A stretch of DNA of 64,000 bases from Patescibacteria group bacterium (GCA_038063515.1 JBBTUY010000004.1:35717-99716), one strand, 5' to 3'. Shown: positions 11,068-20,327, counted from the first letter of the stretch. Made by a program: numbers and translations. Notes: generated by a model from the letters alone, not told the origin.

Positions 11068-11090
11068 TGTTTGAGTATTTTTTATTTAAA

Positions 11091-11465
11091 TTATATCCCC
11101 TTTAAGTCTTCCATTGCCTGGTCTACAGTCTTAAATGAAGTTTGAGATGTAGTAGGGCCTCCACGCTGATATGCTGAGCCACCTATCTCCTCACTACTAC
11201 TAGCTGGTCTAGGTGCGCCACCTTCTGGCTCGTTAATCTTTAAGTTTACGCGAGCGTTGTTCTTCATACCTATGATGCGGAGGAGAGTACGAATAGCCTT
11301 TGCAGTATTACCCATTCTTCCTATGATCTTACCCATATCAGAAGGGTTGACTGTGAGAGTTATAAGTACACCCATCTCGTCCACTGTACGCTCTATCTTT
11401 ACGTCATTTGGATTGTCTACGAGAGCCTTCACTACGTATTCTAGAAACACCTGATCGTTTTCCAT
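11091..11465 (-). CDS. KH-domain RNA-binding protein (YlqC/UPF0109-type). This family sits between rpsP and rimM in other bacteria.
   Basis: GKIIGRMGNTAKAIRTLL KH GxxG-type core; 124 aa; directly downstream of rpsP. Confidence 0.7.
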   Translation of the reverse strand: MENDQVFLEYVVKALVDNPNDVKIERTVDEMGVLITLTVNPSDMGKIIGRMGNTAKAIRTLLRIIGMKNNARVNLKINEPEGGAPRPASSSEEIGGSAYQRGGPTTSQTSFKTVDQAMEDLKGI

Positions 11466-11540
11466 ATATTTAGGTTAAATTCTAATTTTATAATCTATGC
11501 AGTGTTACGACTTACTGCGTATCCGTATTATTATACAAAA

Positions 11541-11849
11541 TTATTTGCCTGCTTTCAATTCCTTTCTCTTTTGTGTTGGCTTCTTTTTTGGGAGGACGTT
11601 TTTCTTCTTGCCTTCGACTATCTTGTCGTGCACGAGAAAATTGTGCATGGTGTCTGAACACTGAGCACCGTTTCCCATCCAGTATTTTATACGATCTGCC
11701 TGTAGAGTCTTCACTCCGAGTTTAGGATTGTAATTTCCTAGTATTTCTAAGAATCTTCCGCTTTTAGTACTGTTCTTTGAGTCAGTTAAAACTACCCGGA
11801 AGCTTGGGTCGTTCTTTCGTCCTATCCTTTGTAATCTGATTTTTAACAT
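11541..11849 (-). CDS. rpsP: 30S ribosomal protein S16 with a Lys-rich C-terminal tail
   Basis: MLKIRLQRIGRKNDPSFRVV...LGNYNPK is the canonical S16 N-terminus. Confidence 0.9.
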   Translation of the reverse strand: MLKIRLQRIGRKNDPSFRVVLTDSKNSTKSGRFLEILGNYNPKLGVKTLQADRIKYWMGNGAQCSDTMHNFLVHDKIVEGKKKNVLPKKKPTQKRKELKAGK

Positions 11850-11906
11850 TAGACCAGTTTAACACAAATTAGAAAAAAGGCAAATAAACATGCTATATTT
11901 AAATAC

Positions 11907-13880
11907 ATGAAGCAAAAAACAACAAACAGACTGCAAGGGGTGATATCCATATCTTCTAAAGGCACAGGATACGTAGCCATAGATCAAAATAAAGATAAGG
12001 GTAATGATCCAGAAATAGACTACAAGCATTTAAACACTGCCCTGCACGGGGACACAGTAGAGATAGTCCTCCACCCAAAAGGTCATGGTAGGCAGACAGC
12101 TGAAGTAAGTAAAATAATAACTCGAGCAAAAATGAGCTTTGCGGGTGTGCTCGAGCCCGTCTTCGCCGAGGCTTCGGCGGGCAAGGAAACTGATAAAAAT
12201 ATTTTTTTTGTTAAACCTGATGATACGAAAATGTATACGGATATTCTTGTAGCTAAAGAGGATTTAAACAATGCAAAAATAGGACAAAAGGTTTTTGTAG
12301 AAATAGTTTCATGGACTGATCCACGTAAAGCACCAAAAGGACGCATAGTGAAAGTCCTCGGTAAACCAGGAGAGAACAATGCTGAAATGAATGCAATAGT
12401 TTTAGAAAAAGGATTTGATACAAATCTCCCTCACAATGTAGAAGATGAAGCCAAAGCCATAAAACTTCGTGGCATAAAAAAAGAAGACTACGAGGGACGC
12501 AAAGATTTTAGACAAACTCTGACCTTCACAATAGACCCCTTTGATGCAAAAGATTTTGATGACGCTATTTCATTTAAAGAAGTAGGTGACCCCGCCAAGG
12601 ACGGGGTAAATTATGAAGTGGGTATACACATAGCAGATGTATCGTATTATGTTTTGCCTCAAAGTGCATTAGACGAAGAAGCTGGCGACCGCACAACTTC
12701 TGTATACTTAGTGGATAGAACGATACCCATGCTTCCAGAAGTACTTTCAAACGATCTATGCAGTCTAGTGCCAAATAAAGACAGACTGGCAATGAGTGCT
12801 GTTTTCATCGTAGACAAAAATGCACAAATAAAAAATGAATGGTACGGACGTACTGTGATAAATTCACAAAAAAGATTTACTTACGAAGAAGCGGAAGTTT
12901 CCATAAAAAAAAGTGGTACTCCCCTCCACAAAGAATTAACAATCTTAAACAATCTAGCGAAAAAATTAAACACGGAAAGATTTGAAAAAGGTGCGATATC
13001 CCTAGAACAAGAAGAAGTAAAATTTGTATTAGACAAAACTGGATTTCCTATTAAAGTCGTAAAAAAAGAGCGAGGAGACTCAAATAAATTAATAGAAGAG
13101 TTTATGCTCCTCGCAAACAGGCGTGTGGCAGAGATGCTTTCAAAAGGCTTAAAGAAAGACAATATAAAGTTTATATATCGCGTACACGACAATCCAAGCA
13201 AAGAAAAAATGGCAGATCTCGCATTCTTTTTAAAAAGCTTAGGACATAAGGTAAGCTTAAAGGACGGTATCATACCTACTCGTGAAATAAACAATTTACT
13301 TAAAAGCCTCAAAGGTAAAAATGAAGAAAACACAGTCGAGCGTGCAGTGGTACGAAGTATGGCAAAAGCCGTATATTCTACAAACAACATAGGACACTAC
13401 GGTCTCGCATTTGAATATTACACACACTTCACTTCCCCCATCCGTAGATACCCAGACATAATAGTACACAGAATACTAAACGAGTACTTAAAAGGTGCAA
13501 AGGTTGATACAGAAAAAATAGGTCAACTAGAAGAAATAGCCAAGGTCTCCTCGGTACAAGAAAAGTATGCTTCTGATGCAGAGCGTGCTTCAATAAAATA
13601 CAAACAGGTAGAGTACATGTCTAAAAAGAAAGGAGAGCTTTTTACTGGTGTGATAAGTGGCATCACAGAATGGGGTATGTATGTGGAAGAAAAAGAAACA
13701 AAGTGTGAGGGATTAGTAAAAGTCCGAGACATGAATGATGACTTTTACACATTTGATGAGAAGAAATTACAGCTCGTAGGACAAAAGAAGAAAAAGAAAT
13801 ACAGACTTGGAGATGAAGTTAGGATAAAAGTTAAGGAAGTTGATTTAGAAAAGAAAAATATTGATTATATTTTAGTATGA
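11907..13880 (+). CDS. rnr: Ribonuclease R / RNase II family 3'-5' exoribonuclease
   Basis: 657 aa; N-terminal cold-shock/OB domain, RNB catalytic domain (HYGLAFEYYTHFTSPIRRYPDIIVHR), C-terminal S1-like domain. Confidence 0.85.
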   Translation: MKQKTTNRLQGVISISSKGTGYVAIDQNKDKGNDPEIDYKHLNTALHGDTVEIVLHPKGHGRQTAEVSKIITRAKMSFAGVLEPVFAEASAGKETDKNIFFVKPDDTKMYTDILVAKEDLNNAKIGQKVFVEIVSWTDPRKAPKGRIVKVLGKPGENNAEMNAIVLEKGFDTNLPHNVEDEAKAIKLRGIKKEDYEGRKDFRQTLTFTIDPFDAKDFDDAISFKEVGDPAKDGVNYEVGIHIADVSYYVLPQSALDEEAGDRTTSVYLVDRTIPMLPEVLSNDLCSLVPNKDRLAMSAVFIVDKNAQIKNEWYGRTVINSQKRFTYEEAEVSIKKSGTPLHKELTILNNLAKKLNTERFEKGAISLEQEEVKFVLDKTGFPIKVVKKERGDSNKLIEEFMLLANRRVAEMLSKGLKKDNIKFIYRVHDNPSKEKMADLAFFLKSLGHKVSLKDGIIPTREINNLLKSLKGKNEENTVERAVVRSMAKAVYSTNNIGHYGLAFEYYTHFTSPIRRYPDIIVHRILNEYLKGAKVDTEKIGQLEEIAKVSSVQEKYASDAERASIKYKQVEYMSKKKGELFTGVISGITEWGMYVEEKETKCEGLVKVRDMNDDFYTFDEKKLQLVGQKKKKKYRLGDEVRIKVKEVDLEKKNIDYILV

Positions 13881-15799
13881 ATCCCGAACATAACAATAAA
13901 AGAAAAGAAAAGGTACACATGGCATTTTGGCTTGTTGTTTTTGTCGTAATAGGAATATACATTAGCTCCACTTCTTTTTCTTTATTTAGAGACAAAGATA
14001 TTTCTCCTGGTACAAACCTCGCTCTGGTATCAGAGTCAAACAAAGAAGGAAATGCTCTGCGGAAATACTCATATGTAAACAAAGACCTTATTGGCTCACC
14101 TAAAGTTTCGGCAAAAGCTTTTATAGTTGGAGATTTAAAAACGGGAGAAATAATACTTGCTAAAAATGAAGAGTCTAAGTTCCCCATTGCATCTACTTCA
14201 AAGCTCATGACAGCACTTGTCACCAAAGAACTTTCCACACCGACAGATGTAGTAAAAGTGAGCAGTAGAGCACTAGCGACATATGGTACAAACGGAGGAC
14301 TCAGATTAGGAGAGAAAATAAAAACACTAGACCTCGTATACCCCATGCTCCTTGAGTCTAGTAACGATGCGACAGAATTAGCCGCAGAGTACTTCGGCAG
14401 AGATACTTTCTTAACAAAGATGAATCAAAAGGCACAACAATTACAAATGACGCACACCTCCTACAAAGATCCAAGTGGTCTCTCTCCACAAAATATTTCC
14501 ACAGCCGGAGACCTTTTCAAACTCGCAGGATACATAACACAAAATAAAAATGACTTATTTGAAATAACAACAAAGAGAAGCTACTCCGACAAAGTTCACA
14601 GCTGGTCAAACATAAGTCAATTTTTAGGACAAGAAGGATACCTAGGAAGCAAGAGTGGCTACACAGATGAAGCAAAGCAAACAGTCGTCTCTATTTTTAA
14701 TTTACCTTTAGGTGAGAGTGGCTACCGTCCTATTGGGATTACTCTCCTTCAAAGTTATGATAGAAAAAAAGACGTAGAAACTATTTTAAAATATTTAAAA
14801 AAGTATGTGTATTACGGAGGCACAGTAGATGCAAATACTGACTGGGTAAAAGAAAAGCTGGGGATTCCAGACATACGTGAACCTGATTTCTTAAACCTAG
14901 CATTTCTTGGAGACATGATGCTCGACCGAGGAGTCAGGAATTCAGTAGTAAAAAATTTCAACAATGACTACTCTGCCCTTTTCGGAAAAGTAAAAGATTT
15001 GAGTGACACAATGAAAAAGTCAGACATAACTTTTGCCAACCTAGAGGGTCCTGCTTCCGACCAAGGCGCTGATCTTAAAAATTTATATTCTTTTAGAATG
15101 AATCCTGGTATTGTACCTGCACTCAAAGGTTCTGGTATCAGTATCGTATCTATAGCAAACAACCACGTCGGCGACTGGGGACGTCCTGCGTACAGAGACA
15201 CGCTAGGCAGACTCGCAGAAAATGAAATCCTCTACACAGGAGGAGGATACACAAGCATAGAAGCAGAAAAGCCAGCCATCATAGAAAAATACGGAATGAA
15301 AATAGGATTCCTTGGATTCTCAGACGTAGGACCAAACTGGATGGAAGCTTCGATAGAAAATTCAGGATTATTGCTCGCAAACAATCCTCGTTTTGATGAA
15401 ATAGTTCAAAATGCTTCAAAACAAGTAGACTACCTTGTAGTATCATTTCACTTTGGAGATGAGTACAAAACGATACACAACAAAAGGCAAGAATACCTAG
15501 CACACAAAGCAGTAGATGCTGGAGCTAAGATAGTCATAGGTCACCATCCACATGTAGTACAGGACACGGAAGTTTACAAAAATAGTTTTATCGCATATTC
15601 TCTCGGAAACTTTATCTTTGACCAGAAATTCTCTGTGGCCACCATGCAAGGCATGCTCTTAAATATTAAACTAAATAAAGACGGTAATATGACTATTAGA
15701 AAAGACATAGTGAAATTAAATTCTGCATTCCAGCCTGACAGCCTAACCAAAGGCAAAGAAGAAAATATATTATTTAAAGAAGTTAAACCAACACCATAA
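13877..15799 (+). CDS. Fusion protein: N-terminal D-alanyl-D-alanine carboxypeptidase (peptidase S11, PBP5-like) plus C-terminal CapA/PgsA-type (PGA_cap) metallophosphoesterase domain.
   Basis: SxxK (ASTSKLMT), SxN (ESSND) and KSG (KSGYTD) motifs in the N-half. C-half has FANLEGP, NNHVGDWG, FHFGDEY and GHHPHVVQ blocks typical of CapA. Confidence 0.7.
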   Translation: MNPEHNNKRKEKVHMAFWLVVFVVIGIYISSTSFSLFRDKDISPGTNLALVSESNKEGNALRKYSYVNKDLIGSPKVSAKAFIVGDLKTGEIILAKNEESKFPIASTSKLMTALVTKELSTPTDVVKVSSRALATYGTNGGLRLGEKIKTLDLVYPMLLESSNDATELAAEYFGRDTFLTKMNQKAQQLQMTHTSYKDPSGLSPQNISTAGDLFKLAGYITQNKNDLFEITTKRSYSDKVHSWSNISQFLGQEGYLGSKSGYTDEAKQTVVSIFNLPLGESGYRPIGITLLQSYDRKKDVETILKYLKKYVYYGGTVDANTDWVKEKLGIPDIREPDFLNLAFLGDMMLDRGVRNSVVKNFNNDYSALFGKVKDLSDTMKKSDITFANLEGPASDQGADLKNLYSFRMNPGIVPALKGSGISIVSIANNHVGDWGRPAYRDTLGRLAENEILYTGGGYTSIEAEKPAIIEKYGMKIGFLGFSDVGPNWMEASIENSGLLLANNPRFDEIVQNASKQVDYLVVSFHFGDEYKTIHNKRQEYLAHKAVDAGAKIVIGHHPHVVQDTEVYKNSFIAYSLGNFIFDQKFSVATMQGMLLNIKLNKDGNMTIRKDIVKLNSAFQPDSLTKGKEENILFKEVKPTP

Positions 15800-15803
15800 A
15801 GTC

Positions 15804-16982
15804 ATGGAAAATTCAAAGCCTCACTCATTGTGGATGGTTTGTACTATTTTGATAGTGGTGTTAGTAGTGCACGGTGCATGGACTAGAGATAAATTAATAT
15901 ATACGAGAATTTTAAATAAGGCACAAATACTACTTTCCACAAAAGAAGACACAACTAAAGAAGATGCTGCTATCCTTGCGAGCATAATAAACAATACTGA
16001 CGACAAGAGAAACACAGCACCCACCACAGAAGTACATAAAACAAAAGACACGATACACATAGGCTTTGTGGGTGACATAATTCCTGGTATTGATGCATAT
16101 CCTAATATGTTTTCAGATATTACTTCATACACAGAGAAGCCTGAGGTAATGATAGCTAACTTTGAGGGAGCAGCGACTGATTCTATATTTTCAAAATGTA
16201 AAATAGATTCTAAGAATTGTTTTTCATTTAATGGAAATGATATTTTCTTAAAATTACTACGAGACGCCTCATTTGATGTGTTAAATGTAGCCAATAACCA
16301 CTTTAATGATTACCGAGAAGTTGGACAAATAGACACAATAAGAAACATACGAGAAATAGGGCTTATACCAAGTGGCATGAAAGGTGAAGTAACTTATATA
16401 ACAAAAAATAATATCAAGATAAGTCTGGTAGGCTTCTCTAATTATTCATGGACAAATGATTTAAATAGAACTAATGAGGTGGCAAATTTAATACAAGAAG
16501 CAGATAAAGATGCGGACATTGTGGTGGTAGTATTCCATGGTGGCGGAGAAGGTGCTAGCTATTCTCATACACCAAGAGAAGTGGAATGGTATTTAGGAGA
16601 AAACAGAGGGGATCTTCGAGCCTTTGCACACAACGCCATAGACTCTGGAGCCGACCTAGTACTAGGTTCTGGTCCTCATGTTCTTCGTGGCATAGAATGG
16701 TATGAAAACAAGTTAATTGCTTACTCACTCGGAAACTTTGCTATGGCAGATGGAATACTAACCACAGGCACATTAAAAAATTCAGGGATGCTAAATGTAA
16801 CATTAGATAAACATGGCTCTATAATTTCTGGAAACATAGAATCTTTTGAAATAGATAGATACGGCATACCCCGCCCTGACTTAAGTAATACTGCAATTAC
16901 AATAATAAACAATCTCTCACAAAGTGACTTCGGAGAGCAAGGAGTAAAATTAAATCCTCTCGGAGAAATTAAAATAAAATAA
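15804..16982 (+). CDS. capA: CapA/PgsA-family capsule-synthesis-like metallophosphoesterase (second paralog). N-terminal signal anchor.
   Basis: IANFEGAATD, ANNHFNDY, VVVFHGGGEGAS, GSGPHVLRGIEWYENKLIAYSLGNF blocks. 4 nt after the preceding fusion gene. Confidence 0.7.
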   Translation: MENSKPHSLWMVCTILIVVLVVHGAWTRDKLIYTRILNKAQILLSTKEDTTKEDAAILASIINNTDDKRNTAPTTEVHKTKDTIHIGFVGDIIPGIDAYPNMFSDITSYTEKPEVMIANFEGAATDSIFSKCKIDSKNCFSFNGNDIFLKLLRDASFDVLNVANNHFNDYREVGQIDTIRNIREIGLIPSGMKGEVTYITKNNIKISLVGFSNYSWTNDLNRTNEVANLIQEADKDADIVVVVFHGGGEGASYSHTPREVEWYLGENRGDLRAFAHNAIDSGADLVLGSGPHVLRGIEWYENKLIAYSLGNFAMADGILTTGTLKNSGMLNVTLDKHGSIISGNIESFEIDRYGIPRPDLSNTAITIINNLSQSDFGEQGVKLNPLGEIKIK

Positions 16983-16996
16983 ATATTATTTCGTTA

Positions 16997-17025
16997 TAGC
17001 TTGTCAAACATCGGGTGTTTGACAA
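16997..17025. repeat. Left 29-nt inverted repeat (tagcttgtcaaacatcgggtgtttgacaa). It is itself a 10-bp-stem hairpin.
   Basis: Its reverse complement recurs at 17335..17363 with one mismatch, and the loops are reverse complements of each other (tcggg vs cccga). Confidence 0.8.
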
Positions 17026-17059
17026 TTGAGAATTCAAGACAAGATATTAAAAATTAAAA

Positions 17060-17120
17060 TTTAGAAACCCCTTAAAATAATAACAGTGCCGAGTGTGTTC
17101 TTACACACTCGGCACTGTTA
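17060..17120 (-). terminator. Very strong intrinsic terminator: perfect 17-bp stem taacagtgccgagtgtg/cacactcggcactgtta, 6-nt loop, T-rich tail on the minus strand.
   Basis: Perfect palindrome. Downstream (minus orientation) reads TTATTTTAAGGGGTTTCTAAATTTTAATTTTT. Confidence 0.7.
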
Positions 17121-17131
17121 CCTCCTGAAAA

Positions 17132-17278
17132 CTATGGTTCCAGGAGGTTCAAGTGTAGCATCGTGGCTTTTACAAGCCACGATGCTACAAACAAGGCAAC
17201 TGTCACAAGGACAATTACCATAACTATCAATACTATAGGATGCAATACGACTACATCCTTATCTTCTTCTTTTTTCAT
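17132..17278 (-). CDS. Small (48 aa) single-TM peptide MKKEEDKDVVVLHPIVLIVMVIVLVTVALFVASWLVKATMLHLNLLEP with a perfect Shine-Dalgarno sequence. Lies inside the IR-bounded module.
   Basis: GAGGAGG-5nt-ATG. A perfect 15-bp hairpin (gtagcatcgtggctt/aagccacgatgctac) is embedded in the coding region. The stop sits in the loop of a CCTCCTG/CAGGAGG hairpin. Internal start chosen over the 71-aa track ORF. Confidence 0.4.
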   Translation of the reverse strand: MKKEEDKDVVVLHPIVLIVMVIVLVTVALFVASWLVKATMLHLNLLEP

Positions 17279-17334
17279 AAGTACCTCCTCTAAAAAAATA
17301 CAGTATTCAAAAAAAAAAAGCAACCTTATGCCAT

Positions 17335-17363
17335 GCTTGTCAAACACCCGATGTTTAACAAGC
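17335..17363. repeat. Right 29-nt inverted repeat (gcttgtcaaacacccgatgtttaacaagc). Overlaps the last codons and stop of smc.
   Basis: Reverse complement of the 16997..17025 repeat with 1 mismatch. Confidence 0.8.
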
Positions 17364-19594
17364 TACTTTGCAATTTGAGTGGCTTCGTCAAACTTTACAG
17401 ATAGAAGTTTTGATGCGCCATTACTAGCTATTGTTACACCATACAAAACTCCAGCACGAGACATAGTCTCTCTGTTGTGAGTCACGACGATAAGCTGTGA
17501 ATGCTTTGAGAGCTTCTCTATCATGTCCCCATATTTACGAGAGTTTGCTTCATCGAGTGCGGCATCTGTCTCATCTAATACGAGGAATGGTGGAGGATTT
17601 ACTTGTGACATAGCGAAAAGTATGGCGATAGAAGTGAGTGACCTCTCGCCACCTGAGAGTGCATGAAGTTCTTTTACTTTTTTATGAGGCAGTGATACGT
17701 CTATCTCTATCCCCTGCTCGAATACAAGCTCTTCATCTGTCTCAAGCAAAAATTCCCCATCTTCATCTTTTTTCTTTCTTTTATTTTCCACCACGACTGA
17801 AAGGTGTCCATGTCCACCACCAAACATGAGAGAGAAGAATTCTTGAAATTCTACATTTATTTTCTTGATACCTTCTTTGAATTCTATGTCTATCTTTTCT
17901 TTCAAATCTTTAATAAGAACATTCAAAGACTCTATACTCTGTGTGAGATCTTCTATCTCTTTTTGTAAAAATTCATCTCTTTCCGTAACCTCTTTAAATT
18001 CTTTCATTATATCAGACGCATTTCCAAGCCCCGCATCTTCGAGTTTGATTTTAATACGCTCTATACGTCTCTTTAATTCATCTTGAGAGCCCTGAGTAAA
18101 ATCCGGATCTTTTACAACAAAATCTTTGTATGATAATATCTCTCTACCTATGAGCACTGCCCCTTCTTTGATCTCGTTTTCAAAAGACTCAGCTCTACTG
18201 TGTAAATTTTCTTCTTTTAGATTTAAAATTCCGAGAGCTGAGGACAACTCCTGATATTTAACTTTAAATTTAAATTTCTCTTTTTCGAGATCTCGAAGTG
18301 CTTCCATCTCTGTATTGATTTCATTTTTAACATTTTCAACACTCTCTCTAAATTCTTTTTCTTTTCTTTCTAGGCCTTCTATTTCTTTTAAGATTTGTGT
18401 TTGCGTAGCTTGCAAAGCTTCTAATTCAAGGTTGATTTTCTCTTCTGTTTGTTCCTTTTTATTTTTATTAAGGGATTGTAGTATGTTTTTTATCCTGTCC
18501 AAGATAGGCTTGATCTCATCTATGGTATTTTTAGAAATTGCTTCATCTATACCGAAGTTTATCTCCTCGATAAAGACTTCCATCTCTCTTTGAGTTAAAG
18601 CCACCACTTCAGTACTCACTTCCTTTCTGCGAGTTTCTCCTTCTATCATTCCTTCTATGCGACCAAGCTTTCTGCTTATCTCAGCTTTTAAGTTACGGAT
18701 TTCATTTAATTTATTTTCTATCTCTCGTAATTCTTCAATTTTCTTATTCCCTTTTGTTGGAGCTTCCTCTTCGTCTGATATTTTTCCTGACACATCTTCG
18801 AGCTCTTTTAGGACTTTATGCTTTTCGAATGTAAGATTAGACTTTTCTTTCTCTAAGAAAATACTTTCTTTTTTAAGATACTCCATATATAGCTGTCCCA
18901 GCTCTATCTGCATATCTTTTGCTCTTTCAAACTTCTCTACCTGTCTCTTTAAAAAGTTAAGGTGGGGCGCATTTTCTCTGCGAAGTATCCCCACTTCTTT
19001 CATGTTTGTTTCGGTACGCTCAAGCTTCTTTTCAGATTCTTTTATTTTATATTGATAAACTTTGAGACCAAGTGCATCTTCTATCATCTCACGCCTCTCA
19101 CGTGAATTCGCATTTAGTATTCTGTCCGCTTCACCTTGAGAGATAATGTGGTGCCCTGAGGAGCCAATGTTAAGTGAAGACAGAAGATTGTGAATATCTT
19201 TAAGACGAACTTCGCTCCCATTTAAAATATATTTATTAAGTCCATCCGCATACACTTCACGTGAAATACAGATAGTATCATAATTCAAATCTATGTTTTC
19301 TCCATTTTCATTTGAAAGTTTAAATATCTTATCTGAGTTATCGAAATATATTTTTACCTGCGCGCTCGTACCTTTTGATAAACTTTTTGATCCTTTAAAG
19401 ATAAGATCGAGTCCAGACTTACCACGCATGGATTTCATAGACTGCTCTCCAAGGACGTATCTAAATGCTTCCACGACATTAGACTTCCCAGAACCATTCG
19501 GCCCCACAACACAAGTCACAGGGCTACCAAAATCTAAAACACTTTTTTGTGCAAAAGATTTAAATCCGTTTATTTCAAGTGTCTTGAGACGCAT
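17363..19594 (-). CDS. smc: SMC-family chromosome-condensation ATPase, unusually short (743 aa). No recognisable hinge domain.
   Basis: N-terminal Walker A GPNGSGKSN plus FKSF. C-terminal LSGGERSLTSIA signature and LVLDETDAALD Walker B. Long E/K-rich coiled coil between them. rnc-smc synteny supports SMC rather than RecN/SbcC. Confidence 0.75.
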   Translation of the reverse strand: MRLKTLEINGFKSFAQKSVLDFGSPVTCVVGPNGSGKSNVVEAFRYVLGEQSMKSMRGKSGLDLIFKGSKSLSKGTSAQVKIYFDNSDKIFKLSNENGENIDLNYDTICISREVYADGLNKYILNGSEVRLKDIHNLLSSLNIGSSGHHIISQGEADRILNANSRERREMIEDALGLKVYQYKIKESEKKLERTETNMKEVGILRRENAPHLNFLKRQVEKFERAKDMQIELGQLYMEYLKKESIFLEKEKSNLTFEKHKVLKELEDVSGKISDEEEAPTKGNKKIEELREIENKLNEIRNLKAEISRKLGRIEGMIEGETRRKEVSTEVVALTQREMEVFIEEINFGIDEAISKNTIDEIKPILDRIKNILQSLNKNKKEQTEEKINLELEALQATQTQILKEIEGLERKEKEFRESVENVKNEINTEMEALRDLEKEKFKFKVKYQELSSALGILNLKEENLHSRAESFENEIKEGAVLIGREILSYKDFVVKDPDFTQGSQDELKRRIERIKIKLEDAGLGNASDIMKEFKEVTERDEFLQKEIEDLTQSIESLNVLIKDLKEKIDIEFKEGIKKINVEFQEFFSLMFGGGHGHLSVVVENKRKKKDEDGEFLLETDEELVFEQGIEIDVSLPHKKVKELHALSGGERSLTSIAILFAMSQVNPPPFLVLDETDAALDEANSRKYGDMIEKLSKHSQLIVVTHNRETMSRAGVLYGVTIASNGASKLLSVKFDEATQIAK

Positions 19595-19615
19595 AGTATC
19601 ATCTTACCATTAGAT

Positions 19616-20311
19616 CTAATCAACCCAATTTTTTATTTTTAATGCAGCTTCGGCTGCTTTCACTTCCGCTTCTTGTTTACTCTTACCGTTGCCTTCTGCT
19701 ATTTTAGATGTACCGAAAAATATACCAACAGTAAACTGCTTGTTGTGGTCAGGACCTATCTCATGCAAAACTTTGTATGCTGGGGTCACTTGTAGGAATT
19801 CCTGTGCCTTTTCTTGAATCAAACTTTTAGCATCACGCCAAAGCTTTTTGTTCACTATTTCATCAGTCTTTATGAGAAGATTTTCTGTAATAAATTTATT
19901 TACTGTTTCATAATTAGAGTCGAGATACATGGCACCAATGTATGCCTCATATGTATTTGCGAGGATGTATTGTCGTGCCTTCCCGTGATCCTTCGCTTCT
20001 CCTTTTGATAAAAGCAGATAATCATTCATACCTAACTCACTGGCTACTTCAGATATGATAGTCGCATTAACGAGTGCAGAACGCACAGCAGTCAACTCTC
20101 CTTCTGTATAATTTGAATATTTCTTATATAAATAATCTGTAGAGATGAGCTCGAGAACTGCGTCACCTAAGAATTCTAGACGTTCGTTGTGAGAAGTCTT
20201 CACACCGACATTTTCATTGATATATGAACGGTGTGTAAAAGCTTGTCTTAATAAATTTTTATCTTTAAAAAAGATATTTGTTTTTTTCTCAAAATTTTCA
20301 AAATTAATCAT
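19616..20311 (-). CDS. rnc: Ribonuclease III
   Basis: ERLEFLGDAVLEL catalytic signature and C-terminal dsRBD. Start set at the internal Met (MINFENF...). The longer track ORF would overlap the upstream gene by 155 nt. Confidence 0.85.
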   Translation of the reverse strand: MINFENFEKKTNIFFKDKNLLRQAFTHRSYINENVGVKTSHNERLEFLGDAVLELISTDYLYKKYSNYTEGELTAVRSALVNATIISEVASELGMNDYLLLSKGEAKDHGKARQYILANTYEAYIGAMYLDSNYETVNKFITENLLIKTDEIVNKKLWRDAKSLIQEKAQEFLQVTPAYKVLHEIGPDHNKQFTVGIFFGTSKIAEGNGKSKQEAEVKAAEAALKIKNWVD

Positions 20312-20327
20312 TTTATTATCTGTATTA

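Noticed and set aside
17163-17378. Plus-strand 71-aa ORF (MAFTSHDATNKATVTRTITITINTIG...) in the IR-bounded module.
   Set aside because: Low-complexity Thr/Ser/Ile composition with no RBS. The opposite-strand 48-aa peptide with a perfect SD is the more credible coding feature.
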